From positions 1 to 64,000 of the forward strand of contig CAVWFS010000011.1 of assembly GCA_963754315.1 (NCBI GenBank): a DNA stretch of 64,000 nucleotides, in the 5' to 3' direction. Position numbers and translations under genes: made by a program. Below are positions 9,707 to 19,236 of this stretch, one piece after another. Within the stretch, counting starts at the first letter, position 1. Each line of letters opens with the position of its first letter. The DNA comes from an uncultured Candidatus Rokubacteria bacterium (GTDB lineage Bacteria; Methylomirabilota; Methylomirabilia; Rokubacteriales; CSP1-6). The notes below the pieces were generated by a model. The model worked only from the letters and a program-made list of their open reading frames with translations. It did not search any database and was not told the DNA's origin.

Positions 9707-10639
9707 ATGCCGTGGGACCGACAGATCGAGCCGTTATTAGCCCGCTACCCCGTGCTCCGCGCCATCGGCCAGACGCCGCTGGTGCCAGTGGACGTCCTTG
9801 GCGCTGACCTTCCTGGTGTCGAAGTGCTCGCCAAGATGGAGTGCCTCAACCCAGGCGGTTCGCTCAAGGACCGCCCGGTCCTCCGCATGCTACTCAGCGC
9901 GTTGGCCAGCGGCCGTCTTCGGCCGGGGAAGGTGATCCTCGACAGCTCATCGGGTAATGCCGGCATCGCCTACGCCATGATCGGCCGCATCATCGGCTAT
10001 CCGGTGGAGATCGTCATCCCGGACAATGCCAGCACCGAGCGCAAGAAGCGCTTGATCGCGCACGGGGCTCGGCTCATCTTTACCGATGCGCTCAAGGGTT
10101 ACGACGAGGCGCTGCGCGAGGTGCACCGGCGCGCCCTCACCGACCCCGAGCACTACTTCTTTTGCGACCAGTACAGCAACGACGACAACTGGCGTGCCCA
10201 CTACGAGACGACTGCCGCCGAGATTCTCGAGCAAACCCGAGGCAACTTAACCCACGTTGTACTGGGGGTCGGAACCGGGGGAACGGCTACCGGTCTGGGT
10301 CGACGCCTCAAGGAGCACGACCCGCGCATCCGCGTCGTGTGCGTGCTGCCGGAGACGTTTCCCGGTGTCGAAGGCCTCAAACCCCTGGGAAGTCCCGAGA
10401 ACATCGTCCCGGCGATCCTGGACGAGAGCGTCATCGACGAGCGCATCCCCGTCACCAGTGACGAGGCCTACCGCATGTGCGTCAAGCTGGCCGGCGCCGG
10501 CTTCTTCGTCGGACAGTCGTCAGGAGCCTACATGGTGGGCGTCGAACGGGTCGCCCGCCGCGAAGGCACCGGGCGATTCGTGACCCTGTTCAACGATTTG
10601 GGCGAGCGCTACTTTTCGACCGGCCTCTGGGATTCCTAG
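9707..10639 (+). CDS. PLP-dependent cysteine synthase family protein (CysK/CysM)
   Basis: KMECLNPGGSLKDR, SSGNAG, GVGTGGT, GQSSGA and DLGERYFS motifs. Confidence 0.92.
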   Translation: MPWDRQIEPLLARYPVLRAIGQTPLVPVDVLGADLPGVEVLAKMECLNPGGSLKDRPVLRMLLSALASGRLRPGKVILDSSSGNAGIAYAMIGRIIGYPVEIVIPDNASTERKKRLIAHGARLIFTDALKGYDEALREVHRRALTDPEHYFFCDQYSNDDNWRAHYETTAAEILEQTRGNLTHVVLGVGTGGTATGLGRRLKEHDPRIRVVCVLPETFPGVEGLKPLGSPENIVPAILDESVIDERIPVTSDEAYRMCVKLAGAGFFVGQSSGAYMVGVERVARREGTGRFVTLFNDLGERYFSTGLWDS

Positions 10640-10656
10640 CTTCGGAGGCCGGTGGG

Positions 10657-11592
10657 TCAAGGGGCCGCTGGCAGACGGCCTAGGTATTGGGCGACGAAGT
10701 CGGTGCCCACGTGGGCGCAGAAGGCCTCGGTGAGCCGCCTGGTGATCGGCCCCGGAACACGGCCTTCCCCGATCCGATGCCCGTTCAGGGTGCGTACCGG
10801 ACAAATGCAGAGGCTGGTCGAGGTCAGAAACACCTCGCCCGCGGTGACGCCGTCGTAGACGTCGAGGTCGCGCTCCGCACACGCGATGCCGAGCTCGGAC
10901 GCCAGCTCTATGACCGTCTGGCGGCTGATGCCTGGCAAGATGTAGCGCGCCTGTGGCGTGGCGAGACGGCCGTCGCGGACCACGAAGATGTTGCTCCCGA
11001 TGCCCTCGCACAGGTTGCCGTGCTCGTCGAGGAGAACCGACCACGCCTCGGCGTTCTGTGCCTTGATCTCCTTGTCGGCCAGGATGAGGTTCAGATAGTT
11101 GTGCGTCTTGGCGCGCGGGCTCAGCATGTGAGGGGCGGTCCGGCGAATGGACGGCACCAGCACATCGATGCCGTCACGGAATAAGCGAGCCCGGGCCCGC
11201 AGAGGCAGCGGGGTGCAATCCACGATGACCTGGGCTCCCGTGTGGGTCCACCCTTCGTCGCCAATGGCGTCCACGCCTCGGCTGATGCGCTGCCCGACCC
11301 ACCAGTCGCCGGCGGCGGCTCGGAGCGGCTCGTTGCGCTCCACCACCTCCTCGGTGATGGCGATCAGTTCCTTGGGTTCGAAGCCCGGATCGATGCGCAG
11401 ATAGGCCAGCGATCGGTACAGGCGCTCGATGTGCTCGGTGAGCCGAAAAATGCGCCCGTCGAAGGTCCGCGTCATGTCGAAGCAGCCGTCTCCGCGGTTG
11501 AAGCTCCGGTCACGATACGGGATCAGGACCTCCCCCTCCGGTACGAAGCGGCCATTGAACCAGGCGGTGCGAGAGATCGGGCCTGTCGTCAT
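10657..11592 (-). CDS. class IV aminotransferase (branched-chain/D-amino acid aminotransferase family)
   Basis: DRSFNRGDGCFD, HIERLYRS, AKTHNYL, EGIGSNIF and ILPGISR motifs; ATG at 11592 with a GGGAGAG SD. Confidence 0.9.
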   Translation of the reverse strand: MTTGPISRTAWFNGRFVPEGEVLIPYRDRSFNRGDGCFDMTRTFDGRIFRLTEHIERLYRSLAYLRIDPGFEPKELIAITEEVVERNEPLRAAAGDWWVGQRISRGVDAIGDEGWTHTGAQVIVDCTPLPLRARARLFRDGIDVLVPSIRRTAPHMLSPRAKTHNYLNLILADKEIKAQNAEAWSVLLDEHGNLCEGIGSNIFVVRDGRLATPQARYILPGISRQTVIELASELGIACAERDLDVYDGVTAGEVFLTSTSLCICPVRTLNGHRIGEGRVPGPITRRLTEAFCAHVGTDFVAQYLGRLPAAP

Positions 11593-11790
11593 GAAGTCTC
11601 TCCCGTGGAGGAATCGTCCCCAGTATGCGTCTCTCTGCGATGGCCGTTCAAGCCTCTCAGGGCCGGGACGGTGGGCCGAGCTCCTTGGCTGCGGAACCAA
11701 CGCTTCGAGCGCCACCATTGGCACGTTCTCGAGGCCGCCCGGCCATGCTATGATGCAAGCTCGTTCGCCGGGTCCTAGACAAGGCGATGC

Positions 11791-11868
11791 GGGCTCGTGG
11801 TGCAGCTTGGTTAGCACACTGGACTGTCAATCCAGAGGTCGCGGGTTCAAGTCCCGTCGAGCCCGCCA
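11791..11868 (+). tRNA. tRNA-Asp (GTC)
   Basis: Acceptor stem GGGCTCG/CGAGCCC, anticodon arm CTGGA-CTGTCAA-TCCAG, T-loop GGTTCAAGTCC, encoded CCA. Confidence 0.97.
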
Positions 11869-11889
11869 TAAAATCAAACAGTTGCGAGG

Positions 11890-11916
11890 GGCAGCGCGTA
11901 GCTGCCACTTTGTTTT
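11890..11916 (+). terminator. putative intrinsic terminator after tRNA-Asp
   Basis: GGCAGC-gcgta-GCTGCC hairpin followed by ACTTTGTTTT. Confidence 0.5.
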
Positions 11917-12029
11917 GGGCGAAATTGTGCCCGAACTGTGCCCGACGCTCACGCGAGCCCCTCAACCAGCGAGACAACGTTGGCCTTCTTGTTCTGTGTC
12001 GCCTGCTGTTTCACGTACTCCTGCGTGGC

Positions 12030-12725
12030 CGTCAGTGCCAGCTCGATGTCATCTTCGTCCACGATGCGGTAGCGCCTTCACATGGAGTCTGTCTCGTGGC
12101 CTGTGATCCGCACGGCCACGGTCTGGCGCACTCGTCCGGTGCGGTCCATGTTGCGTGCGGCCGAAGGGCGGAAGTCATGGAACAGGAGCCCGGGCAACTT
12201 CGCCTCGGCGCACGCCGTCGCCCATGCTTTTCGGAAGTCCCCGATCGGCCGTCCGTCTCGGTGAAACACATACTCGCTCAAGTAGGTGGTGTCGTCGGGG
12301 CGGGTGACCGAGCGTGCCGTCCACCGACGCTCGATGATCGCGGCCAGGTCGCCCGTCAGGACGATAACGTACGGCTTCTTGTTTTTGGACCCGGCACGCC
12401 GGAGGTGGACCAAGGCGATTTTCACGGTCCACGTCGGGCCAGCGCAGGGACCTCAAGGCACCCTACGTCGATGGCACGGTTGATCCCGAACGCCGCCTTC
12501 AGGGGGATCAGGCGATCCTGAAGCGTTGCCAAGGAGCGGAGGAGCGGCGGCCGTTGTTCTGGTAGTCCGTCACCACGGCGTCGAAGAGGTCCACCATGCG
12601 TACCCGCTCTTCCGCCCTGGGGTCAAGAACCGGCCCTTGCCGATATCTTGTATACGGCGCTTGAGCAAACGGACGGCGTCCGACGTCTTCGCTGATCGGC
12701 TCTCGTACATCGCGAAGCCGACCAT
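12030..12725 (-). pseudogene. decayed tyrosine integrase next to the tRNA-Asp 3' end
   Basis: Fragments in several frames: DAVRLLKRRIQDIGKGRF...VTDYQNNGRRS (N-terminal part), LRWPDVDR, SKNKKP, GDFRKAWATAC, FHDFRPSAARNM...ITGHETDS. The central part is deleted. Confidence 0.85.
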
Positions 12726-12744
12726 CGGGACGCTGGGTCGGTCA

Positions 12745-12935
12745 TAGCCCCGCGCAGCCCCGATCGTAGATCGCGAGCGGCACGAGCGCCGGGTTGGCCT
12801 TCGCCTGGGTTAGTGACCTCGCGTTCGACGCCACGAACCAGGTCTGGGAGTCGTCGACCTGCAGCGCGAGACACTCGCCTCGTTGACCGCGGTGATCGGG
12901 CGGAGATGGACGCCGGCCGTGCGCGCCTCGCTCAG
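12745..12935 (-). pseudogene. frameshifted, truncated GNAT acetyltransferase (BltD/polyamine acetyltransferase-like N-terminus)
   Basis: VHLRPITAVNE then a frameshift to ECLALQVDDSQTWFVASNARSLTQAKANPALVPLAIY; cut off at the integrase remnant. Confidence 0.6.
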
Positions 12936-13405
12936 CGGGCGGGCGCCACCGCGGCGGCGACCTGCGCGGCGTGCTCTTCGGTGTGCTCGCCGAGCCGATG
13001 GGCCAGGAGCTCGATCGACATGGCGCCGAGCGTGGGATGGCGACCTTCACGCGACCACTGGTCGTCGGGCAGCGTCCGGAGCAGCCGCGCCACCTGCTCG
13101 TGCTCGGCGACGATCGTGTCGCAGAGGTCCTCGACCGTCTCGCCGCGAGCCAGGCTGGCCGGGCGAAAGCGCTCCTCGTCGAAGTCGGCGAAGAGCGGAC
13201 CATCCTCGTAGAGGAGCCGCCGGATCCTGAGACTCTGGACGTGGACGACGACGTTGCGCAGATGGGTCAGCGTTTCCAGCCCGGACCACTCGCCGGCGCG
13301 CGGTGGCCGGGCGAACCGGTCCGGAGGCGCCGCGTCCACGGCGCGACGCACGGCGTCGCCCGCTGATCGGATGCGTTCGAGAATCGCCCGATGCTCGGGT
13401 GTCAT
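12932..13405 (-). CDS. DinB family protein
   Basis: GEWSGLETLTHL, GRHPTLG and EHTEEH motifs of DinB_2 four-helix proteins. Confidence 0.8.
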   Translation of the reverse strand: MTPEHRAILERIRSAGDAVRRAVDAAPPDRFARPPRAGEWSGLETLTHLRNVVVHVQSLRIRRLLYEDGPLFADFDEERFRPASLARGETVEDLCDTIVAEHEQVARLLRTLPDDQWSREGRHPTLGAMSIELLAHRLGEHTEEHAAQVAAAVAPAR

Positions 13406-13670
13406 GCAGCGCCTCCGTTCATCCACGTGCCTGGGATCGATGATCGTCGGCCCGTCACACCATCCAGCGGCCGTGAGGATCGCAGTATACCGGGAGTGCG
13501 TGCGCGTGTCCGTTGCGCCACGCCGTCAGCTCCATCTGGGATGGGTCGTGCCGAGCCACTGCCGAAAGCGGGGCCAGGTCTCGTCGGCCGCCGTGTTCTG
13601 CCAGCACCGTGGACAGGCGCCGCAAGCTCAGCGAGCCTAGCTCAGAAGCTCCGTCATCAGGGTCCGACCG

Positions 13671-14135
13671 TCATCGGACTGTGTAGCCGCGCCCCGACAG
13701 ACAGGCGCTGTACGCCCGGTCGTAGTTCTGGAGCTGAGACTGACGAGTTTGATGACCCTGCGTGTACGCCTCATGCTGCTGGTCCATCTGACGCCGGGCG
13801 CGGATCGTGCGGATCAGCCCGGCCATGCCGACGCCGTGCATCGCGCCGGCGGCCGCGTCTCCCTGAGCGGCGCCGCGCGCGGCGCCGATGCCCACGCTCG
13901 CGGCCCCGGTTCCTGTCCCCTGGCCACTCCCGGACTTTTGAGTCTCCTCCGCCATCTTCTCGGGGTCGACACCAGTCTGCTTCACGGCCCACTGGTGGCA
14001 CGCTTCCTTGTCGCGCCCGAGCTGCTGCTCGGTCTGGTTGCCGGACGGGTAGACATACATCTCCTGAGCGGAGGAAACGCCCACCGCGAGCAGGGCAGCC
14101 CCCCCGATCAATGCGCACATGGCGATCTTCAGCAT
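13671..14135 (-). CDS. secreted glycine-zipper domain protein
   Basis: Signal peptide; YVYPSGNQTEQQLGRDKEAC...GAA-rich zipper...YDRAYSACLSGRGYTVR; AGGAGG SD. Confidence 0.85.
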   Translation of the reverse strand: MLKIAMCALIGGAALLAVGVSSAQEMYVYPSGNQTEQQLGRDKEACHQWAVKQTGVDPEKMAEETQKSGSGQGTGTGAASVGIGAARGAAQGDAAAGAMHGVGMAGLIRTIRARRQMDQQHEAYTQGHQTRQSQLQNYDRAYSACLSGRGYTVR

Positions 14136-14217
14136 GACCGTCCTCCTAGAAAGATGGGGGCCTTACTTCGCCCCCTCAACCCCCACGTTCGGCGCGCCCC
14201 GGGGGCGCCCCTGTCTC

Positions 14218-14499
14218 TTAGGCCGTCCGGTCCTTCTGGGCCTCCATGTAGGAGCGCAAGACGGCATTCATCCGGCTCAGGTGCCCGCGGCCTTGTCGCT
14301 TGAACCAGGCCAGCACATCCCGATCCAGCCGCAGATGGATGGAGGTCTTTCCCGGAGGCGGCAACACGACCTTCGCGTGGCGCCAAAACGCCGCGTCCGG
14401 CTCGTGGACCGCAGCGTCGGGCCGGGTGCGCGAGGGGCGGCGCGCCCGCATCCGCTCAAGTTGCGCGAGGGAATATCGCTTGATACCGCCGCTGGCCAT
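14218..14499 (-). CDS. brnA: BrnA-family antitoxin
   Basis: FWRHAKVVLP-KTSIHLRLDRDVLAWFKRQGRGHLSRMNAVLRSY. Confidence 0.9.
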   Translation of the reverse strand: MASGGIKRYSLAQLERMRARRPSRTRPDAAVHEPDAAFWRHAKVVLPPPGKTSIHLRLDRDVLAWFKRQGRGHLSRMNAVLRSYMEAQKDRTA

Positions 14500-14737
14500 C
14501 GGAGCCCACCTTCCACGCGCTGATGATCCGTCGCGCCTCCCCGCGCCACGTGTAGACGACCAGGAAGTACTCGTCGCCGACGTGGCCCAGGGCCTGCACC
14601 CGCCGTTCGCGCCGGTAGGCGCGCGGGTCGGGCGCCTCCAGCACGGGATGGCCGAAGATCAGCGCGACATCTTGAAAGTCCACCCCGTGCCGCTCGTGAT
14701 TGCGGCGCCGCTTCGCTTCATCCCACTCGAAGCGCAT
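14456..14737 (-). CDS. brnT: BrnT-family ribonuclease toxin
   Basis: MRFEWDEAKRRRNHERHGVDF...VVYTWRGEARRIISA. Confidence 0.92.
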   Translation of the reverse strand: MRFEWDEAKRRRNHERHGVDFQDVALIFGHPVLEAPDPRAYRRERRVQALGHVGDEYFLVVYTWRGEARRIISAWKVGSDGQRRYQAIFPRAT

Positions 14738-14742
14738 TCGCT

Positions 14743-14770
14743 AGTGTACACATTTGTGCTTGGTATGCAA
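14743..14770 (-). promoter_or_regulatory. putative sigma70 promoter of brnTA with a palindromic operator in the spacer
   Basis: TTGCAT-16 nt-TACACT, ending 5 nt before the ATG; the spacer holds the inverted repeat CACA-TT-TGTG (14749-14758). Confidence 0.5.
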
Positions 14771-15379
14771 CGTCCGTGCGGTGGGGGCCGGGCCCAAGTC
14801 GTCCGGACCGACCCGCCAGCGATCGCGGGGAGCGTGTCCGGGTTCACCGACAAGCCGGGAGCGACAGGGGGCGGCGCGCCGGAGGGTGGTAGGCAGACGC
14901 AGGAGATGGCGTTCGCCGAGAGCAGGCCACCTACGACGCGAGCCGGTCAGGGCACCGGGATCACCTCATGCACGACCCGCTGGCCGGCCGGCATCATCAT
15001 GGCCTCCGTTTTCCCGCTGCTCGCATCGATGACCTGCAGGCTACCGAGGATCGGGCATGGGCCCGGCGGCAGGGGGCGTCGCGGGACGGTCCTGGACTTC
15101 ACCCTCGCCCGGATGGCGTCCGTTTCGCCTGGGCCGGCCGGCTCCGATACTGGAGCGACAGCATTTCCCCGGCGGGGACGCGCTCGTTCCGGGTGTCCAG
15201 GACCTGGCCGTGCTCATCGAGGATCTCGATGACGATGTCGCAGGCGGCGGTCTCACCCGGTGGGTCCGGGACCGCGCGGACATCGGCAAACGTGTTGAAA
15301 GTCAGGCCGACGATGGAGAACAGGGTCAGAAGCTCCAGGACCGTGATGAAGACGCTCTGGCGGCGCGCGCCATACTGCC

Positions 15380-15534
15380 GTGGATCGGATCCTCAAGGGC
15401 GGGAAGCCGGCTACGATCCCGGTCGAGCAGGCCTCGAAATTCGAATTTGTCTTCAACCTCAAGGACCGCGAGAACTCTGGGACTGACCGATCCAGCAGTC
15501 GCTGCTTCTCCGGGCGGATCAGGTCATCGAGTAG
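15380..15534 (+). pseudogene. C-terminal remnant of an ABC_sub_bind SBP gene
   Basis: VDRILKGGKPATIPVEQASKFEFVFNLK, then frameshifted TARTLGLT and QQSLLLRADQVIE-TAG. Confidence 0.8.
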
Positions 15535-15710
15535 GCGGCTCGGAACGGTAACCGGTATCGGCAACCCGGATGCGGTACGCGCCGTGGCTCAGGCGCTCCG
15601 GGTACAATCCGGTTCCGATCGCAGCGCACGCCTCCGAGGCACCACGCATCGCCAGCACGTTTCACGTCGCCTCCCCCGCGGGGTCATACGAGGTGAGGTG
15701 GGAGGAGACG

Positions 15711-15971
15711 ATGGACATGAACGACTACCTGATCGACATGCTCGTGCGCCAGCGGCTGGATACCATACGGGCCGACGCTCGCCGCGCGGTGCTCGCGGCC
15801 GCCCTGGCGCCGCGGCGTCAATCCCTGCGCGTGAGGTTCGGCGTCGTCTTGATGCGCCTCGGCCGGTGGCTGCTTGGCGACGCGCATCGAGTCGGGCCAG
15901 CCCTCGCGCGGGCGCCTCGTCCCGCGTCGAGCCCGTCGTGCTCCGCACCTGGACGTCAGGCCGCCGCGTGA
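15711..15971 (+). CDS. small hypothetical protein
   Basis: GGAGGAG SD; MDMNDYLIDMLVRQRL...LRVRFGVVLMRLGRWL. Confidence 0.65.
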   Translation: MDMNDYLIDMLVRQRLDTIRADARRAVLAAALAPRRQSLRVRFGVVLMRLGRWLLGDAHRVGPALARAPRPASSPSCSAPGRQAAA

Positions 15972-16035
15972 GCCGTGCCTTTTTTCACGGCGCGCCAGGC
16001 GCGGTGTCCTGAGAGAGCGACGGAGGAAGACGACG

Positions 16036-16476
16036 ATGATGATCACCGTGGCCGGAATTGGCATCGCGCTGGTCCCGATGGTCCTGATCGTTGGAATGCT
16101 GCTGCTGGCCACACGTATTCAACGCGCGCGGGCGGAGGCAGTGGCGCACCAGATCGGAGTCACGGATGCTATTCACCGGCGGTTCGGCCCGGTGGTGGCG
16201 CCGGTGGTGGAGCGCCGGCGTGGCGGGCGTTGGCGCGCGGTCATCCCCGTGCCGTTCTCGCAGCCTGATGTAGTGGCCGGTGTCGTCGAACTCGCCGAGC
16301 GCACGCTCGCCGAGGCCAGCGGCGGTCGCGCAGGGCTCGAGATCCTGCTCATCGCTCAGCCCGCTTCCGCATCGCGAGCTCGCCGGTACGCTTGGCACCG
16401 CAACGCTCAGCAGCGCCGCGGGGCGCCGCGAGCTGCCTCGCACGCTGTCCCTCTGACCTGTTTCCGACGGCCCTGA
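16036..16476 (+). CDS. hypothetical membrane-anchored protein
   Basis: GGAGGA SD; N-terminal TM helix followed by QIGVTDAIHRRFGPVVAPVV. Confidence 0.65.
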   Translation: MMITVAGIGIALVPMVLIVGMLLLATRIQRARAEAVAHQIGVTDAIHRRFGPVVAPVVERRRGGRWRAVIPVPFSQPDVVAGVVELAERTLAEASGGRAGLEILLIAQPASASRARRYAWHRNAQQRRGAPRAASHAVPLTCFRRP

Positions 16477-16486
16477 CTCGCGCCAG

Positions 16487-17275
16487 TCAGACCATGAGCC
16501 GGAGGCGGAACAGTCGCTGCACCAGGAGGATGAGCCCGCCCACGATGACGATCTGCAGAGCCGATGCGGCGGCGATCGATGGGTCGGCCTCGAACTGGAT
16601 CTGCGAAAAGATGTGCACGGGGAGGCTCGGCGCACCGGCGCCGGCCAGGAAGAGGGCGAGGTTGATGTCGCTGAACGAGATGATGAAGGCGAACACCGCG
16701 CCCGTCAGCAGGCTCGACCGGAGCAGCGGCAAGGTCACCTTGAAGAACGCCTGGGGCCGGCTGGCGCCCAGGCTCATGGCCGCCTCTTCCAGCCGTGAAT
16801 CTATCCCGACCAGGCCGGCCGTCACGCAGCGGATGACGTAGGGAGTCGCGATGACGATGTGACCGACCAGCAACGTCAGCGACGAGGTCGGCCAGGCGAG
16901 CCGCGCCAGGTACAGGTAGACCGCAGCCCCGAGCAGGATGTGGGGCACGAGGAGCGGCGACAGGAAGAACGTCTCGACTGCCTGGCGGCCGCGGAATCGG
17001 AGTCGAACGAGACCGATCGCCGACAGGGTGCCGACGAGGGTGGCGGCCAGCGCCGTCGAGAGTCCGATCACCTGGCTCACCCGGAAGAACGAGCGGACGA
17101 ACATCTCGCTGGCGAAGAACGCGTGGTACCAGCGTAAGGACAGCCCCTTGGGCGGAAAATCGAAGGTCGGGGTGGAGCCGAACGACACGGCGACCACGAC
17201 CACCAGCGGCGCCAACAGCAACGCGTAGACTGCGACCACGAACGGCCACAGAAAGCGCGGCCGGCGGCCCGTCAT
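16487..17275 (-). CDS. ABC transporter permease (PotC-like)
   Basis: EAA loop LEEAAMSLGAS; multiple TM segments; ATGA overlap with the upstream permease. Confidence 0.9.
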   Translation of the reverse strand: MTGRRPRFLWPFVVAVYALLLAPLVVVVAVSFGSTPTFDFPPKGLSLRWYHAFFASEMFVRSFFRVSQVIGLSTALAATLVGTLSAIGLVRLRFRGRQAVETFFLSPLLVPHILLGAAVYLYLARLAWPTSSLTLLVGHIVIATPYVIRCVTAGLVGIDSRLEEAAMSLGASRPQAFFKVTLPLLRSSLLTGAVFAFIISFSDINLALFLAGAGAPSLPVHIFSQIQFEADPSIAAASALQIVIVGGLILLVQRLFRLRLMV

Positions 17276-18132
17276 CGCGCCGCCTGCAGCCGGGCCCGGC
17301 GCCCGGTGGCCCACACCGCCAAGCCTACGAGCGCCAGCATCAACACCGACAGGACGATCGTCAAGCTCGCCGCACCCGGCCAGTCGTAGGCGGTGAGGAC
17401 TTCCTCGTAGATCTGCTGGCCCACCATCCGCACGCGGCGGCCGCCCATCAGGGCAGGCGTGATGAAGGCGCTCATCGACACGCTGAAGACGAGCAGCGCG
17501 CCGGAGACGAGACCGGGCATGCTCAGCGGCACGATGACGCGCGCGAACATCTGACCCCAGCTGGCGCCGAGGTTCTGCGCGGCTTCTTCCAGGCTCGGCG
17601 AGATCCGCTCGATGGCCGCCATGATAGGCAAGACCATGAACGGCAGGCTCTGCTGGGTGAGGCCGATGATGACGGCGCCCTCGGTGTAAAGGAGCCGTAC
17701 GCCTTCCCCGGCGCCCAGCAGCCGCAGTCCTTGGTTGACGAGGCCCTCGCTGCCGAGGATGACGACCCAGCCGAATACGCGGATCACGGTGCTCACCATG
17801 AGCGGCATGATGAGCAGGAACAGGCCCAGGGTCATGATCCGCGACGTCGACCGGGCCAGGAAGTATGCCAACGGGTAGCCGAGCACCATACACACGGCCG
17901 TGACGACGACCGCGAGGCGCACAGTGCGCAGGAAGAGATTGGCATAGTACGGCTCCCAGAGCTTGGCATAGTTGGCGGCCGTGAACTCGGCAACCGCGAT
18001 CTTGGTCGGGGAGTGGAGGTACACGCTCAGGAGGGCCACGTTGACGAACGGTAAGACGAGGAAGACCAGGAGATAGACCCCGTACGGCCCGACGAACAGG
18101 ACCCAGGCCGGCGAGCCCCCCGCCCGTTCCAT
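17272..18132 (-). CDS. ABC transporter permease (PotB-like)
   Basis: LEEAAQNLGAS; GYPLAYFLAR. Confidence 0.9.
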   Translation of the reverse strand: MERAGGSPAWVLFVGPYGVYLLVFLVLPFVNVALLSVYLHSPTKIAVAEFTAANYAKLWEPYYANLFLRTVRLAVVVTAVCMVLGYPLAYFLARSTSRIMTLGLFLLIMPLMVSTVIRVFGWVVILGSEGLVNQGLRLLGAGEGVRLLYTEGAVIIGLTQQSLPFMVLPIMAAIERISPSLEEAAQNLGASWGQMFARVIVPLSMPGLVSGALLVFSVSMSAFITPALMGGRRVRMVGQQIYEEVLTAYDWPGAASLTIVLSVLMLALVGLAVWATGRRARLQAAR

Positions 18133-18140
18133 CCTGCGCG

Positions 18141-19232
18141 CTACCGCCGCAGCACGTGGATGTCCTCGGGATCGATGGCCAGATCGAGCGCGGCCCCCGA
18201 GGCGATGGCGCGCGTCCCCTTGCTGTTCTTGATCGCCACCAGCAAGGGCTGTTTGTCCAGGGCGAGCACGCGCAGGTGGAGGTCCTCTCCCAGGTACGTC
18301 ACGTCGCGCACGCGCGCCGTGAAGCGATTGGCGGTGATCTTCTCCGCATCATTCCGCGCCGTCAGGTAGAAGCGCTCTGGACGCAGCAGCAAGGTCACGG
18401 TCGTTCCTGCAGCGTCGACAATGCGCGGGATCGTGAACACGAGCCCGTGCTCGGTTTCGACGGCCGTGTGACCGTCGCCTGCGCCCCGGACCTGCGCCCG
18501 CACGAGGTTCGAGCTGCCGATGAAGTCGGCCACGAAGGCGCTCGCCGGCCGCTCGTAGATCTCGCCCGGCGGGCCGATCTGCTCGATCCGGCCCTGCGAC
18601 AGGACGGCGATGCGGTCCGACAGGGCGAGCGCCTCGGTCTGATCGTGGGTGACATAGACGGTCGTCTTGCCGAGCCGTCGCTGCAAGTCGCGCAGCTCGT
18701 AGCGCATCTGGATGCGCAGCTTGAAGTCCAGGTTGGACAGCGGCTCGTCGAACAGGAGGAGGCTCGGCTCCAGGACCAGGGAGCGAGCAATGGCGACGCG
18801 TTGTTGCTGCCCGCCCGAGAGCTGGGCCGGATAGCGATCCGCCACGTTCGGCAGATCGACGAGTTGCAGCATCTGGCCGACCCGGCGCCCGACCTCCGCC
18901 TTCTCAACCTTACGCAGACGCAGGCCGAACGCGATGTTCTCGAACACCGTCAAGTGGGGAAACAGCGCATAGCTCTGGAACACAAGACCGATGTCACGGC
19001 GGTGCGGGGGCCTGTCCTGAATCTGCTGGCCGTCCAGCGAGATGGACCCCTCGGACAGCGTCTCGAACCCCCCGATGCACCGCAAGGTCGTCGTCTTGCC
19101 GCAGCCGCTCGGACCGAGGAGCGAGAAGAACTCGCCCTCCATCACCTCGAACGACAGGGGACCGACCGTCACCTGAGGCGAAAAGCGCTTGGCCAGCCCC
19201 CTGACCTCGAGCTTGATCTTGGCGCCGGCCAC
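18141..19232 (-). CDS. ABC transporter ATP-binding protein (PotA-like, TOBE domain)
   Basis: [29 protein letters not shown] and YVTHDQ motifs. Confidence 0.95.
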   Translation of the reverse strand: MAGAKIKLEVRGLAKRFSPQVTVGPLSFEVMEGEFFSLLGPSGCGKTTTLRCIGGFETLSEGSISLDGQQIQDRPPHRRDIGLVFQSYALFPHLTVFENIAFGLRLRKVEKAEVGRRVGQMLQLVDLPNVADRYPAQLSGGQQQRVAIARSLVLEPSLLLFDEPLSNLDFKLRIQMRYELRDLQRRLGKTTVYVTHDQTEALALSDRIAVLSQGRIEQIGPPGEIYERPASAFVADFIGSSNLVRAQVRGAGDGHTAVETEHGLVFTIPRIVDAAGTTVTLLLRPERFYLTARNDAEKITANRFTARVRDVTYLGEDLHLRVLALDKQPLLVAIKNSKGTRAIASGAALDLAIDPEDIHVLRR

Positions 19233-19236
19233 CGTC

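Noticed and set aside
14900..15375. Minus-strand protein-like stretch (QSVFITVLELLTLFSIVGLTF...ILGSLQVIDASSGKTEA)
   Set aside because: Probably a frameshifted remnant of a secreted protein, but it has no clean start and no assignable family, so it was not listed as a feature
15921..15940. GTCGAGCCCG as the attR copy of the tRNA-Asp 3' end
   Set aside because: Only about 10 bp, GC-rich and inside a CDS; expected by chance
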